From contig NW_005202428.1 in NCBI RefSeq assembly GCF_000372725.1, positions 1,783,331 to 1,847,330 of the forward strand: 64,000 nt of DNA, written 5' to 3'. Positions 48,530 to 58,978 of the stretch are shown here, one piece after another. Positions within the stretch are counted from its first letter, which is position 1. Each line of letters starts with the position of its first letter. Both the position numbers and the translations under genes were made by a program. The notes beneath the pieces are model-generated. The model worked only from the letters and a program-made list of their open reading frames with translations, did not search any database and was not told where the DNA came from. This DNA comes from Emiliania huxleyi CCMP1516 (Eukaryota).

Positions 48530-49640
48530 CTCGTTCGAATGGCGGCGGCGCCGGCGCGCAGCGCCACGCCGCCAGGCGTCCGCCGGAGGCTCCCCGGCCG
48601 ACACATCCCGGCAAGCTTGCCGCGCGCAGCGCCCCGCGCCGCAGGCCCGCCGGAGGCTCCCCGGCCGACACACTCCGGCTGCTCTCGCGGGCGCGGGAGC
48701 GCCGGTGCGCCCGCGCCACGCCACTAGGCGTCCGCCGGGGACTCTCGCTGCGGCCACACCCCGGCAAGCTTGCCGCGCGCAGCGCCCCGCGCCGCAGGCC
48801 CGCCGGAGGCTCCCCGGCCGACACACCCCGGCCGTATTCGCTCGTCCACTCGCCCTTCTCGCGCCGCTCTTGCGCACCTCTTGCGCCCCCCTCTCCCCCG
48901 CCGGCCCCGAGAGACTTGGCACGTACCCCCCGCCCCCGCCCCGCCCCCGCCCCGCCCCCGCCCCGCCCCCGCCCCGCCCCCGCCCCGCCCCGCCCCCTCC
49001 CCCCTTTGACGCCCGGCAAATCCCTTGTGTTCCAAATCGTGGCAGTTGAGGTCGCGGCGTCCTCTGCCCCCCCCCCCCCCCCGGGCTGCCCCCCCCCCCC
49101 CCCCCCTCGCCCCTCGCCCTCTAGCCGCCGCCCTCACCGCCCACACCCACCCACCCACACCCACACCTTAGCCAGTTGCGGCGGCCTCCGCAGGTGCGGA
49201 CGACTGCGCGACCTTTTGCGCCAGACGCCAGTCGCGGCAGATAGATTCTCGCCGGCGAACATTCTCGCTCCTGTGGGCAGTTCTCCGCATCCCGGGTAGA
49301 GCGAGCTCCCGAGGTGCTACCCGCTGCGCGCATTGGACTCCAAGTCGATACGAGCGCGCCGCGCGTTGAGCACGCGGCGCGCTCGCATCGATTCGCCACT
49401 TCCAGCGTGAGGGTGTATAAACCAAGCTGCAGAAACGAGCTTTTAGTGCTTATGAGCATAAGCACTGGATTCTCATGCGCGCGGAGCGCGCCGGTGCTCT
49501 ACCCGGACACGCGCGGAGCGCGCTAGCTGGACACCGCACGCGCGGAGCGCGCTAGCTAGACACACACGCGCGGAGCGCGCCGCTGCAGAACACGCGCGGA
49601 GCGCGCCGCTGCATGGGTAGGCGCGGAGCGCCGCCACTCG
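48530..49640. repeat. GC-rich repeat block: duplicated ~70-bp unit, (CCCCG)n and CGCGCGGAGCGCGC arrays
   Basis: Duplicated unit at about 48605-48672 and 48757-48824; (CCCCG)n at 48927-48995; CGCGCGGAGCGCG units at 49477-49632. Confidence 0.75.
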
Positions 49641-51576
49641 AGATTGGGCCTGTGGGTGGGCCGATTGGTTCTTAAGCGTGTGAGTCAAACTCTTAATAGA
49701 AATCGCATCTAGCCCTCCACAACCCTCAAAATTTTCTTCGGGGCGCGCTCCGCGCGCGGCGCTCCGCGCCTACTCCTTGAGCGTCATAGGCACTGGTTCG
49801 CACATGTTCTGCAGCTTGGTGTATAAATAGCTTCAAAGAAGGACCAAGCGCACCAGCGACACAAGGGACTGTTCTACTAATCAAAACCCGCCCTCAAGGG
49901 CTGGGAATGCTGCGCTCCCACGCCACCCCCCGCGAGCCCCCGACCGCCCGACGGCGCGGCCGACCCCGCGAATTCATCGCTCATCGCGGGACGCGGGGGC
50001 TCTCTCGGCTCTACGGACGGCCTACGGGACCGGCCCCAGCTTCGGCTGAGGGCTGAGGTAGAGCCCGACAAGCTGCCGAGCCCGAAGGAGGTGGGCGTGG
50101 GCCGTGGGAAGGTGGGGTGGTCCTCACCCCGGCGGCCCGCGCACGCACGCCGTCTGAGCCTAGCGCAGCGCGAACTCGCTCTGGGCCTAGCGCAGCGCGA
50201 GATTTGCGCAGCAACCCGGCCGGGCAACCGTTTAAAAAAACTTATTTTTGGTGAACCACAGCTCGCGGCGTCTCGCCTTGCTCACGTAGAAGCACAACCC
50301 CGGATCCGCCTTGCTCCCTCCTACCACGAAACTTTGGCAGGCGCCCGAATGGACAACGCCGAGGACATCCGCCACATCCACGGCTTGCTTCGACAGCTGC
50401 GACATCTGTGGGGCGTACTTTGCTGCGTCCTTGGTGCCCTCGCCGGTGGGTTCATCCTTTGCTTGCGGATCAGCGTGCAGCAGACTCCCACCACCACCTC
50501 ACCACCTCCGCTTTGGAAGCCAGCTGTTAATGCTCCTCCTCCTCATCCCACTGGCGATGCAGGTCTCCTCCCTCTCCCTCTCCCTCGCCTCGGCTCCTGA
50601 GCTCGGCCCACCTGTCTCGCTCACTCTCTATCTCCGATCCGCGGCACTGCCCGCCTTTTTGTTGCAGGACTGGAGCCTCATCTCCTACCTCCAGCCGCCC
50701 GCCACCATCTTGGCCGCCTGCGGCGCGGTCGATACCGTCACGAGCCAGTGGGAGAACTCGCCGCGCTCCCAGCGGAGCTGAACCGACGATCTCCGCTGCA
50801 GCCGAGTTGATGGCGACGAGTCAGGCGGTCGGCTCGGGGTCGCCCTGCTCGTGCTGGCGGCATCCCCCCTTTTCCCCCCCGGGCAATGCGGCCAAACAAC
50901 TCCGATCGCCGACGGTTCAGCGGAGGAGCCGATGCAGCCCGACGGCGGTGCAGGCCAGCGCAAGCGAGCTAGCCGGCAGGGGCGGCGGGGCGGGGCCGAC
51001 CCGTCGCGTGGCCGGGGTTCGGTATCTCTCTTCACGCGCGGGGGGACAGCAGAGATCTTCTTTGTGAGTGTGGATAGAGGACAGGGGGCGATCCGGTCGT
51101 GGTCGGTGTCGCCGGTGCGCAGGCTCGCACACGAGGATCGGAGGATTCCGCGCGGAGGTCGAATGCGGAATGGTCGTTGAGATCGGCAGAGAGCCGCGCC
51201 GGGGGGGGCAACTCTTTCCGCGGGAAAGGGACGCAAACACACTATTTCTTGCAACGGATTCTGTGTTTCAGTAATCGATGCTAATTGCTAAAGCGACATC
51301 CGACAAATAAACAGAAATAAGAGCAAAGTACTACCGTTCTGTCCACGCTGAGACGCATATCCCGGGGCGGCACAGCCCGGGCGTCGTACTGGGGGCCATG
51401 GGCGGCGCAGACCTGCGCGCGGGTGCTGCTGCCGCCGGCGGCAGCGCGGCCGCGAGCGTTTGATGTCCAGGAGCCAGTCTCGAGACATGCCGTGTCCCCT
51501 CCGCGCCCGCGCGGGCGAGTAGCGACAACCTGCCAACCCACACCCACCCCTCCCTCCGCCTCTCCCTTTGGCCGCG

Positions 51577-52137
51577 CTACGAGTTGGTGCCGTCCCACTC
51601 GCTACCCGCGAGCGCGGTCATCTTCTTGATGCCCTCCTCGAGCCGCAAGCACTCTGGCGAGCCCTCCGACACCAGGCATTCTTCGAGGAGCTGGAAGTCC
51701 GAGGAGCTCGCCAGCGTGCCGGACCGCGCGAGCTTAGCCGCCCACCGCTCGGCGAACTTGGCGGTGTCGCCGCCAAATGCGGAGGCGGCCTCGCGCACCT
51801 CGACTGCCGCGGCCTCGAGAGCCACCTTCTTGCTGGCAGTCGCGCTAACCGGGGCGCCGTCCCAGGCGGAGGGATCGACGTCCATCATCACGAGGTCACG
51901 CAGGCGCGAGGAGCTGCGGCCAAACACCGCGCGACGGAGCGGGGACGGCCGGGTGCCGTAGGTAGCGGCAGCCTCACGCACTTCAGCCGCCGAGGACTTG
52001 ACTGCGGCCGCCGGCTTGAGTGCGACCTTCTTCTCGCCGCTGAAGACAACGCGGCGGAGCGGAGAGGGACGGACGTGCGCGGAAGGGCGTGCCGAGACGG
52101 ACAGCGAGACGGCCACGAGGAGGAGGAGGAGGCGCAT
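51577..52137 (-). CDS. Small signal-peptide (probably plastid-targeted) protein with internal duplication and a C-terminal Cx8C motif
   Basis: MRLLLLLVAVSLSVSA leader. RPSPLRR.VF and KKVAL..AAAxEVREAA each occur twice. The C-terminus contains LLEECLVSEGSPECLRLEE. Confidence 0.7.
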   Translation of the reverse strand: MRLLLLLVAVSLSVSARPSAHVRPSPLRRVVFSGEKKVALKPAAAVKSSAAEVREAAATYGTRPSPLRRAVFGRSSSRLRDLVMMDVDPSAWDGAPVSATASKKVALEAAAVEVREAASAFGGDTAKFAERWAAKLARSGTLASSSDFQLLEECLVSEGSPECLRLEEGIKKMTALAGSEWDGTNS

Positions 52138-53179
52138 TTGCGGGCAAAGCTTTTGAGTGGCCCAGTGATAGAGTGTTGATGAGCGAAGAGGACTTGTCGG
52201 CCGACAGAAAACTCTTTTCTCTCTCTCTCTTTAGGGAAGGGCGGGAGGGCCCTGGCGAGTAGAGACCACGCCTCACTTTTTCACAGGGGGGGATCCGTCG
52301 CGCATGCCCGAGCCCTCGGGCGAGGGCTTGTGCTGTGAATAGCAGGCGTGGCTCTACTCGCCAGGGGAGGGCCCCTCTCTCTCTCTCTCTCCAAAAGGGC
52401 CCGGCCAAAAGGATTTCTTTCATCTTCACGCCAAAAACCGCCGGTGTGTGTCCCGCAGCGGCCTCGCTGGGCCAGAAAGTCGGCCCGCGAGTCGGCGAGT
52501 GCTCCGCGGCAGCCTCCCTGGGCCAGAACGTCGGCCGGCCCGCGAGGTGGATGCTCACACACACGAGCTACACAAACAACAACTCTAACACTCACACGTC
52601 ATTTGGGGCCTGGAGCCCCTGCAGACTGAAGTTTATGGTGGTGCCCTGTTTGTTGTTGGATGCTAGCATGACCATGAGCGATGAGCCCGATGAGATTTTA
52701 GAAAACCAACCGATGAGTCGCAGTGCTCTTGCGTTTCGGCGGTAGTGATCTAATCACCCGAATGCCACGTTCGGATCGCTTCTCATCGCAAACCCCGTCA
52801 GCAGTCCCCCTCCGGGAATGTTCGTTACAGCTACGGACATAAAAAAAAAAGCGCCAAGGGGCGCAGCGCCGACAATCACGGCGGTGATTGCGGCGCAGGT
52901 GGGGGGACGGGAAGTCCGTCGGCGTTGCCGGGGGCCCAAGGAAGCGCGAGGGAAAAATTCCGCCGCTGAGGGCGCTCGTGCGGCAATAGCCGGGTGGAGG
53001 GGGAGCGTGCCGGACGGGGCGTCGTCGCGCCGTCCGATGGTCTGCTGCCCCGCGCAGCAACCGTCGGGCGACGACCCGGGGGCCAAAAACCCGGCGACGA
53101 CGGCGCTCTGGATGGGGCGTGACCTCCTGCCTCCAACCTCCTTCCTTTTTGAGCAGGTGTGACGCCGCGCGAGCGACGC

Positions 53180-53312
53180 TCCGAGATCGCCCGAGATAGC
53201 GCGGCGCGGCCCCGAGATCGCCCGAGATAGCGCGAGATCGCCCGAGATAGCGCGGCGCGGCCCCGAGATCGCCCGAGATAGCGCGAGATCGCCCGAGATC
53301 GCGCGGCGCGGC
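53180..53312. repeat. 10/11-bp minisatellite (CCGAGATCGC / CCGAGATAGCG)
   Basis: Tandem array read directly. Confidence 0.85.
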
Positions 53313-53648
53313 CCGGGGCGGGGTGGATGGGTTGGGAGCGAGGGGGCGGAAGTGATCAGTGCGGTAGAGGGTCAGCTCGAGGCGCGTGAGCCGGACTTGT
53401 GAGCCGGACCACCCCCTCTTGTTCTCTGCGTTGTTGAGCCAGGACTCAACATACTCGGGCTGTTGCCATCCCAAACTGTCACTCCCCTTTCTCCCGGCCG
53501 GGGTGGGGCGCGCGCGGGGGCGGCGGGTGTGAGGGATGTCTGTGAGCCCGAGAGCGATATGCCATGTCCGCCTTGCGTGTTTTCATAACATCGAAGGCTA
53601 AGCTCAAAAAAAAAGGCGCGGCTTACCTCGCTTGATGGCTGCCGGGAG

Positions 53649-55877
53649 ATGAAGCGGGCAGCCCACCACCTCCTCCTCCTGGCCGCCGCGTTGTCCGCTG
53701 CATCGCTTGCCACGCCGCCGCGTCCGCTGCGGCCCAACCGTGCGGCTGCGGACGCCCTCGGCGCCGCCGTGCCGTCGCCGCAGCTCGATCCCGCGCTCGT
53801 GGCAGAGCTAAGCGAAGCCGTCGCGCCGCCGCCGGGCGAGGCAGCGTCCGAGGCGGCGCTGCTCGACCCGGTCAAATTCGCCTTCAACACCGCCATCGTC
53901 GACTCCGTCAAGGGGCTGATTGACCTCGCGTATCCCGACCGGCCCTTTGCCCGCTTCTACGTCCTCGAGACGGCGGGCTCCCCACGGGCGCGAGCGGCGG
54001 CGTGCCGCGGCCTCGTCACGGCACGGTGGCGTGCGTGTAGGTGGCGCGCGTGCCGTACTTTGCGTACCTGTCGGTGATGCACCTGCGAGAGACGTGGGGA
54101 GAGCGAGACGCCTCTCTGCGCGAGCGGATGCGGGTCCACTATGCGGAGGCGCGAGACACTGCCCACCTTGCCTCAAGACGGTGTAGACACTTCGTAGACG
54201 TTCGCAGAAACGCCGCAGACACCTCGTAGACATCCGGTAGGCACCCGGTAGACCCCAGACCCCAGACACCTCCCAGAAGCCCCAGACTCCTCCTAGACAC
54301 CTCCCAGACACCTGCCAGACACCTCCCAGACACCTGCCAGACACCCTCCCTCCCAGACACCTCGTAAACACCTCACAAACCCTCCCCACACACACAGGCG
54401 GACAACGAGCTGCACCACCTGCTCATCATGGAGTCGCTCGGCGGCAACTCCTCTGCCGTCGACCGCGCCGTTGCGCAGGACAGCCACGCTCCTTCTCACC
54501 CCCTCTGACACCGCCTCCCCCCCCTGCACACGCCCAACCTCCCACGGCTCCTCCACCGTCGCGCAGGCCACCGCCGCGCACGCTCGCGCACCCTGCCGCC
54601 CCTGCCGCCCCCCTGCCGCCCCTCGGACACCCCCCCCCCCCTCCCTCCAGGGCCTCGCCACCGCATACTACTGGTGGGTCGTCTTTGTCTTTGCGCATGA
54701 TGAGCGCGCCGCCTACCACCTTAGCGAGCTCGTCGAGGCGAGAGACAGCCGAGAGACAGCCGAGATACAGCCGAGGTGCAGCCGAGATGCGGCCAAGGTG
54801 CAGCCGAGGGGCAGCCGAGGGGCAGCCGAGGGGCAGCCGAGGTGCAGCCGAGATACAGCCGAGGTCACGCACTACATCTCCCACGCGCACCGGGCCTTGC
54901 ACTCTAAATGGGTCTCCTGTCTCTCGGACGCGGGGCTGCACGAGGACCTGCCTGGCCCTCTCCCCGCCCGCCTTGTGTGAGGGGGGGGGGGGGGGAAGCG
55001 GACGAAGAGTGACTCAATCCACGGGTTCCTCCACTCGCCCGTAGGACCACGCGTACCGGACGTACGACGCCTTCCTCGCCTCGCACGAGGTCGAGCTGCG
55101 GGCGCTGCCGGTGCACATCTCGGCCACATCTCGGCCACATCTCGGCCACATCTCGGCCACATCTCGGCCACATCTCGGCCACATCTCGGCCATCTCGGCC
55201 AGGTCTCGGCCAGGTCTCGGCATAGACTAGATTCCTCCGCGCGACAAAGCAGGAGAGACTCGGAGCCCTGCTGGAGCCCGCCTGCAGGTGCCCGAGGTGG
55301 CGCGCCGGTACTACGAGCAGGAGAACCCCTTCCTGTTCGACTTGCTCTGCACGATCGGCGACGGGGAGGAGGAGGCGGCGGCGGAGGCGGCGGAGGCGGA
55401 GGCGGCGGAGGCGGAGGCGGCGGCGGGGCGGGGGAAGGGGCGCGCGAAGAGCAGTTGGATCCAATGGACCTATCGCAAGTGGGCTGGGGGGGCGGGGCCG
55501 CTCGAGCCCGCCGCCGCCGCCGCTGAGCCCGAGTGCCCGCGGAGGCCGCGGCTGCGCTCGCTGTACGACGTCTTTGTCTGCGTGCGCAACGACGAGCGCG
55601 AGCATTGGGGCGCGAGACATCTCCCCCCTCCTTTCCCGCCTCCCCTCCCCTCTCCCTCCAGCGGACACCCGGGCTGCCTCCCCTCCCCTCCCCCTCCACA
55701 GGCGCGATGAGCTCGCTCGTGTCGACGGGGACCGTGCGCGCCGCCGGCGCCGCCGGCGTCTCTTCCACCCGCCCGGCCGCCGGCACGGGGCTGGGCGCGT
55801 GGCTTGCGCCGTACCTGTCCAGGACGACGCCGCTGCCGCCCGGCCCGGTGGACGGAGGCCTCCGAGGGCGGCAGTAG
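53649..55877 (+). CDS. PTOX: Plastid terminal oxidase (alternative oxidase family), about 7 exons
   Basis: ARFYVLET|VARVPYFAYLSVMHLRET, ADNELHHLLIMESLGG, AAYHLSELVE|DHAYRTYD and SLYDVFVCVRNDEREH give the di-iron ligands. There is an N-terminal signal peptide plus transit-like region. Confidence 0.93.
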
Positions 55878-56442
55878 CGGCTGAGTGTTGGGGCAGCGCC
55901 AAACCTCGCGACAGCCGACATTTTCGACGGTGCTGTGGTGGCGTGCGCCGTCGGTGGCGGTGCCGGTGGGCGGTGGCGGTGCCGGCTTTTGGTCCGTTAG
56001 CTTCCGCGTTCTGGTGGGCCAGTGCGAGCGCCACCCCCGGATACGCGCATTTCTGTTTCTTTGTCGTAGGTATATTCTTTGTTGATTTTTTGTGCCTCCC
56101 ACCCAGCAAAGGAGACAAAACTTTTGGAGCACTTGGAGCACTTGGAGTGCAGTCATCAACCTCACATCCAGGGCCGGGTTCCCACTTTAGTACTCGATAG
56201 CGGTCACGCCGTAGCTCGCGCATAGGAGCAGGAGGCTAGGCAGAGGCCGCATCGCGTTCGCTGAGCTGTAACAAGTTTGATCCAAAACAAGAACACAAGT
56301 TTGACTCTACTAATATAGCGCGCGGATAAAGCGCGCGCGCCGCGGTGGCGGCGAAATATAATATTATCTCAGAGGAATATAGTGTGAATGCCCGGGAACA
56401 GCCCCTCCTGGCCCGAGTGCGGGGCGCGAGGGACAAATAAAT

Positions 56443-57170
56443 TCAAAGGGCATGAAATTCGTCGAGCTGCTTGATCAGGCCAGTAAAGATGGCCCGCGAG
56501 GCAGCCTTCGTGAGTAGGTCGGCGAGCATCACGACGCCGGGGAGGTGTTCGACAGAGATAACGCCACGGCTGACGAGATCGCGAAGAAACTCGGCGGCGC
56601 GCAAGATGTGCTTGGTCTTCTTGAAGGCAACGGGATCGAAGGCCATGCCGACGGCGGACTTGCTGTCGCAGTTGATGACGCTGGCGCCGTCGATGGAAAA
56701 TCCAAGGTCGATCAGTAGCTCACGGATGAAAATCACCTCCTTGGCGGCTAGCATGGCGCCGAAGAACTCTGCCTCGGCACTAGACAGCGTGACGGATCGC
56801 TGCATTTTGGAGAACCAGTGGAAGAGACATCCGTAGAAGAAGAACATGCCACCGGAGCAAGAATACTTCGTGGCCCAGTTTGAATCGACGTAGCTCTCAA
56901 GGTTGCGGTTGGAATTCGGCTGCATGACGAGGGCGCGGTCAGCTGTGTCGCGCACGTAGATAAGCACCCGGATGGCGGCTTTAAAATGCGACGGGCCAGG
57001 GTTCGTCATAAACCGAGCAAGCTGAGACGCGGAATAAGCAATATCGACGCGCGTCATATTGGCAAGCCACAGTAGTCCGCCGACGATGGCCATGTAGGCG
57101 GTGCGGAATTCGGACATCTCGTCGTATTCAACAGATCCAACGGCGGGCTGATCGTAAGTTGAGAAGCTTC
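56443..57170 (-). pseudogene. Ty1/Copia pol remnant: RT C-terminus plus RNase H
   Basis: YMAIVGGLLWLANMTRVDIAYSASQLARF, YVDSNWA, SKMQRSVTLSSAEAEF, CDSKSA, KTKHI and ADLLTK. No gag, protease, integrase or YVDD upstream. Confidence 0.93.
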
Positions 57171-58615
57171 CGAAGGAAGTCGCGATAGATGCTGACGCAA
57201 ACGATTGCATACGGGCACCCAAAGGAGATGGTGGTGGTAATAGGTGTCCAAATGAAGCAAACAGTTTTGACAGTAGTGCTGGTGATGACCTCAAAGGCGA
57301 CGAGGCATGCATACCTGGCGAAGTATAGGAGGGATCGCACGAAATCGTAGATTGCAAAGCCCCAAGCAACGAGCAGGATGATGCCGCATATCGCAAGTGC
57401 AGCTGGCGCAAGGCAAAAATACCAGTCAAAGACCCACTTGATTTGAATGCCCAGGTTGATGATCAGTAGCTTGGTATTTGCACCATAGTGTCGCAATCCG
57501 TACCACGCTTTGACAATCATAAGGCTGCTCATGGTCTGGTAAGCAAACAGGTCGCCAATTGTCAGCGCACTTGTCAGCAGGGAGTACGCAAGGAAAAGGA
57601 ACCCAACGAGAGCAAAGCAAAGAAAGAATGGCCAGATCATTCCCATCCATGTGGACTGTACCCGAGCGCAATTCTTGTTTGAGAACATATAGTTCCAATG
57701 GAGCTCGTATTTGACCCAATCGCGCTTGCCGCGTCGCCGAAAGTGATCAAGGCAAAGGGCTTTCGCAGCATCGGTGGTTCCATGGAGTGGCCAGATGATA
57801 CCACATGTCCCATTGTTGAAGGGCACTACCTCTGTCCCACTGCTCAAGGTCTCATGGTGCAATGCCTCTCCTGCACTCGGCGTGTCCGAGTGGTCCCGGG
57901 GAAGGACTTTCTGCCAAGGTGTAGGGTCAAATGTAGCGTTCCACGGTGAAACATTTTGGAGGCAAAGGAAGCCGTTCCCGTCGCATTGACCCAGAAGAAT
58001 GGGCAGCATTGAGTAATCCAGCAAAGGTGGCGGCGGCATGTGTGTCGCAGGCTTCCTATGGGGCTGGGTTGTCGCAGCAAGAGTCCCGTGCCTCGTGAAT
58101 TGTAGCGCCATCGTATTGGGCCATGAGTGCACCTGTATCGCGGGGCTGCGGAGGGCCAAAAATTCAGATTGGCCGCAGTGGGTGGATAAGGCCTCAGGAG
58201 CCGACTGTAGCGCGTGCTCCATCGCCTGGGAGGTAGTGTGAGTGGAGGCACACATGTCCTCAAGGTGTTCTGACCCAAGTTGCCAATTTATCGATAAATC
58301 TTTGAGAAATGAATTGTCGATGCAAATGGCGGGCTCGAACGTGCTCGACGAGACCGACTGGACCCATTGTTCAGATCCTTCGGCTCGATTGGGGTTGTGC
58401 TCGCACACGCCAGGCGCCCAGGTGGTGGCTGACATACATGGTGCAAGGCTTGTCCATGGTGGAGGTGCCATGGTGGTCGACGCTGTCATGTCGCTGGTGG
58501 TGTCGGCCTCGGCGATGCAGTAGTCGAGGCCGTTCTTCCCGGTAGAGAAGTCATACTCGATAGCGGTCACGCCGTAGCTCGCGCATAGGAGCAGGAGGCT
58601 AGGCAGAGGCCGCAT
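57128..58615 (-). CDS. Signal peptide + Cys-rich ectodomain + multi-TM protein carried inside the LTR element
   Basis: Uninterrupted ORF of about 495 aa from an ATG inside the 5' LTR (MRPLPSLLLLCASYGVTA). It has many Cys, sequons NVS, NAT and NGT, and hydrophobic helices (IWPFFLCFALVGFLFLAYSLL; FCLAPAALAICGIILLVAWGFAI). Confidence 0.7.
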   Translation of the reverse strand: MRPLPSLLLLCASYGVTAIEYDFSTGKNGLDYCIAEADTTSDMTASTTMAPPPWTSLAPCMSATTWAPGVCEHNPNRAEGSEQWVQSVSSSTFEPAICIDNSFLKDLSINWQLGSEHLEDMCASTHTTSQAMEHALQSAPEALSTHCGQSEFLALRSPAIQVHSWPNTMALQFTRHGTLAATTQPHRKPATHMPPPPLLDYSMLPILLGQCDGNGFLCLQNVSPWNATFDPTPWQKVLPRDHSDTPSAGEALHHETLSSGTEVVPFNNGTCGIIWPLHGTTDAAKALCLDHFRRRGKRDWVKYELHWNYMFSNKNCARVQSTWMGMIWPFFLCFALVGFLFLAYSLLTSALTIGDLFAYQTMSSLMIVKAWYGLRHYGANTKLLIINLGIQIKWVFDWYFCLAPAALAICGIILLVAWGFAIYDFVRSLLYFARYACLVAFEVITSTTVKTVCFIWTPITTTISFGCPYAIVCVSIYRDFLRKLLNLRSARRWIC

Positions 58616-58978
58616 CGCGTTCGCTGAGCTGTAACAAGTTTGATCCAAAACAAGAACACAAGTTTGACTCTACTAATATAGCGCGCGGATAAAGCGCGCG
58701 CGCCGCGGTGGCGGCGAAATATAATATTATCTCAGAGGAATATAGTGTGAATGCCCGGGAACATTAGTTCTTAGCAACCCCTTATTGAGAAGAAAATACC
58801 TCTCGTGGCGCTGTGCGCTGGCCTTCACACAGGGGCACTCACTCACAGCAACGCCGCCAGCAGCGCGACGCGCTCGGCCTGCTGAGAGAAGACCTTCCCG
58901 GACGGCAGTACCTCGAGAGAGAGAGAGAGAGAGAGAGAGTGTGTGTGTGTGTGTCACCCAAGGCTGCGACGACTGTTT

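Larger units (their letters stand above)
56191..58763 (-). mobile_element. Copia-derived non-autonomous LTR element (210-bp identical LTRs)
   Basis: Direct repeats at 56191-56400 and 58554-58763 start TGTTCCCGGG on the minus strand. A purine tract, AGGAGGGGC, directly precedes the 3' LTR. TTAG(T) lies on both flanks (56187-56191 and 58764-58768). A Copia RT-end/RNase H is inside. Confidence 0.9.

Noticed and set aside
50091..50781. Hydrophobic ORFs as a membrane-protein gene
   Set aside because: Two overlapping short frames with no family motif or clear exon structure; support is insufficient.
56091..56190. Extension of the 3' LTR to a canonical CA end at about 56091
   Set aside because: Identity with the other LTR stops at 56191, and the flanking TTAG(T) duplication sits at that point.
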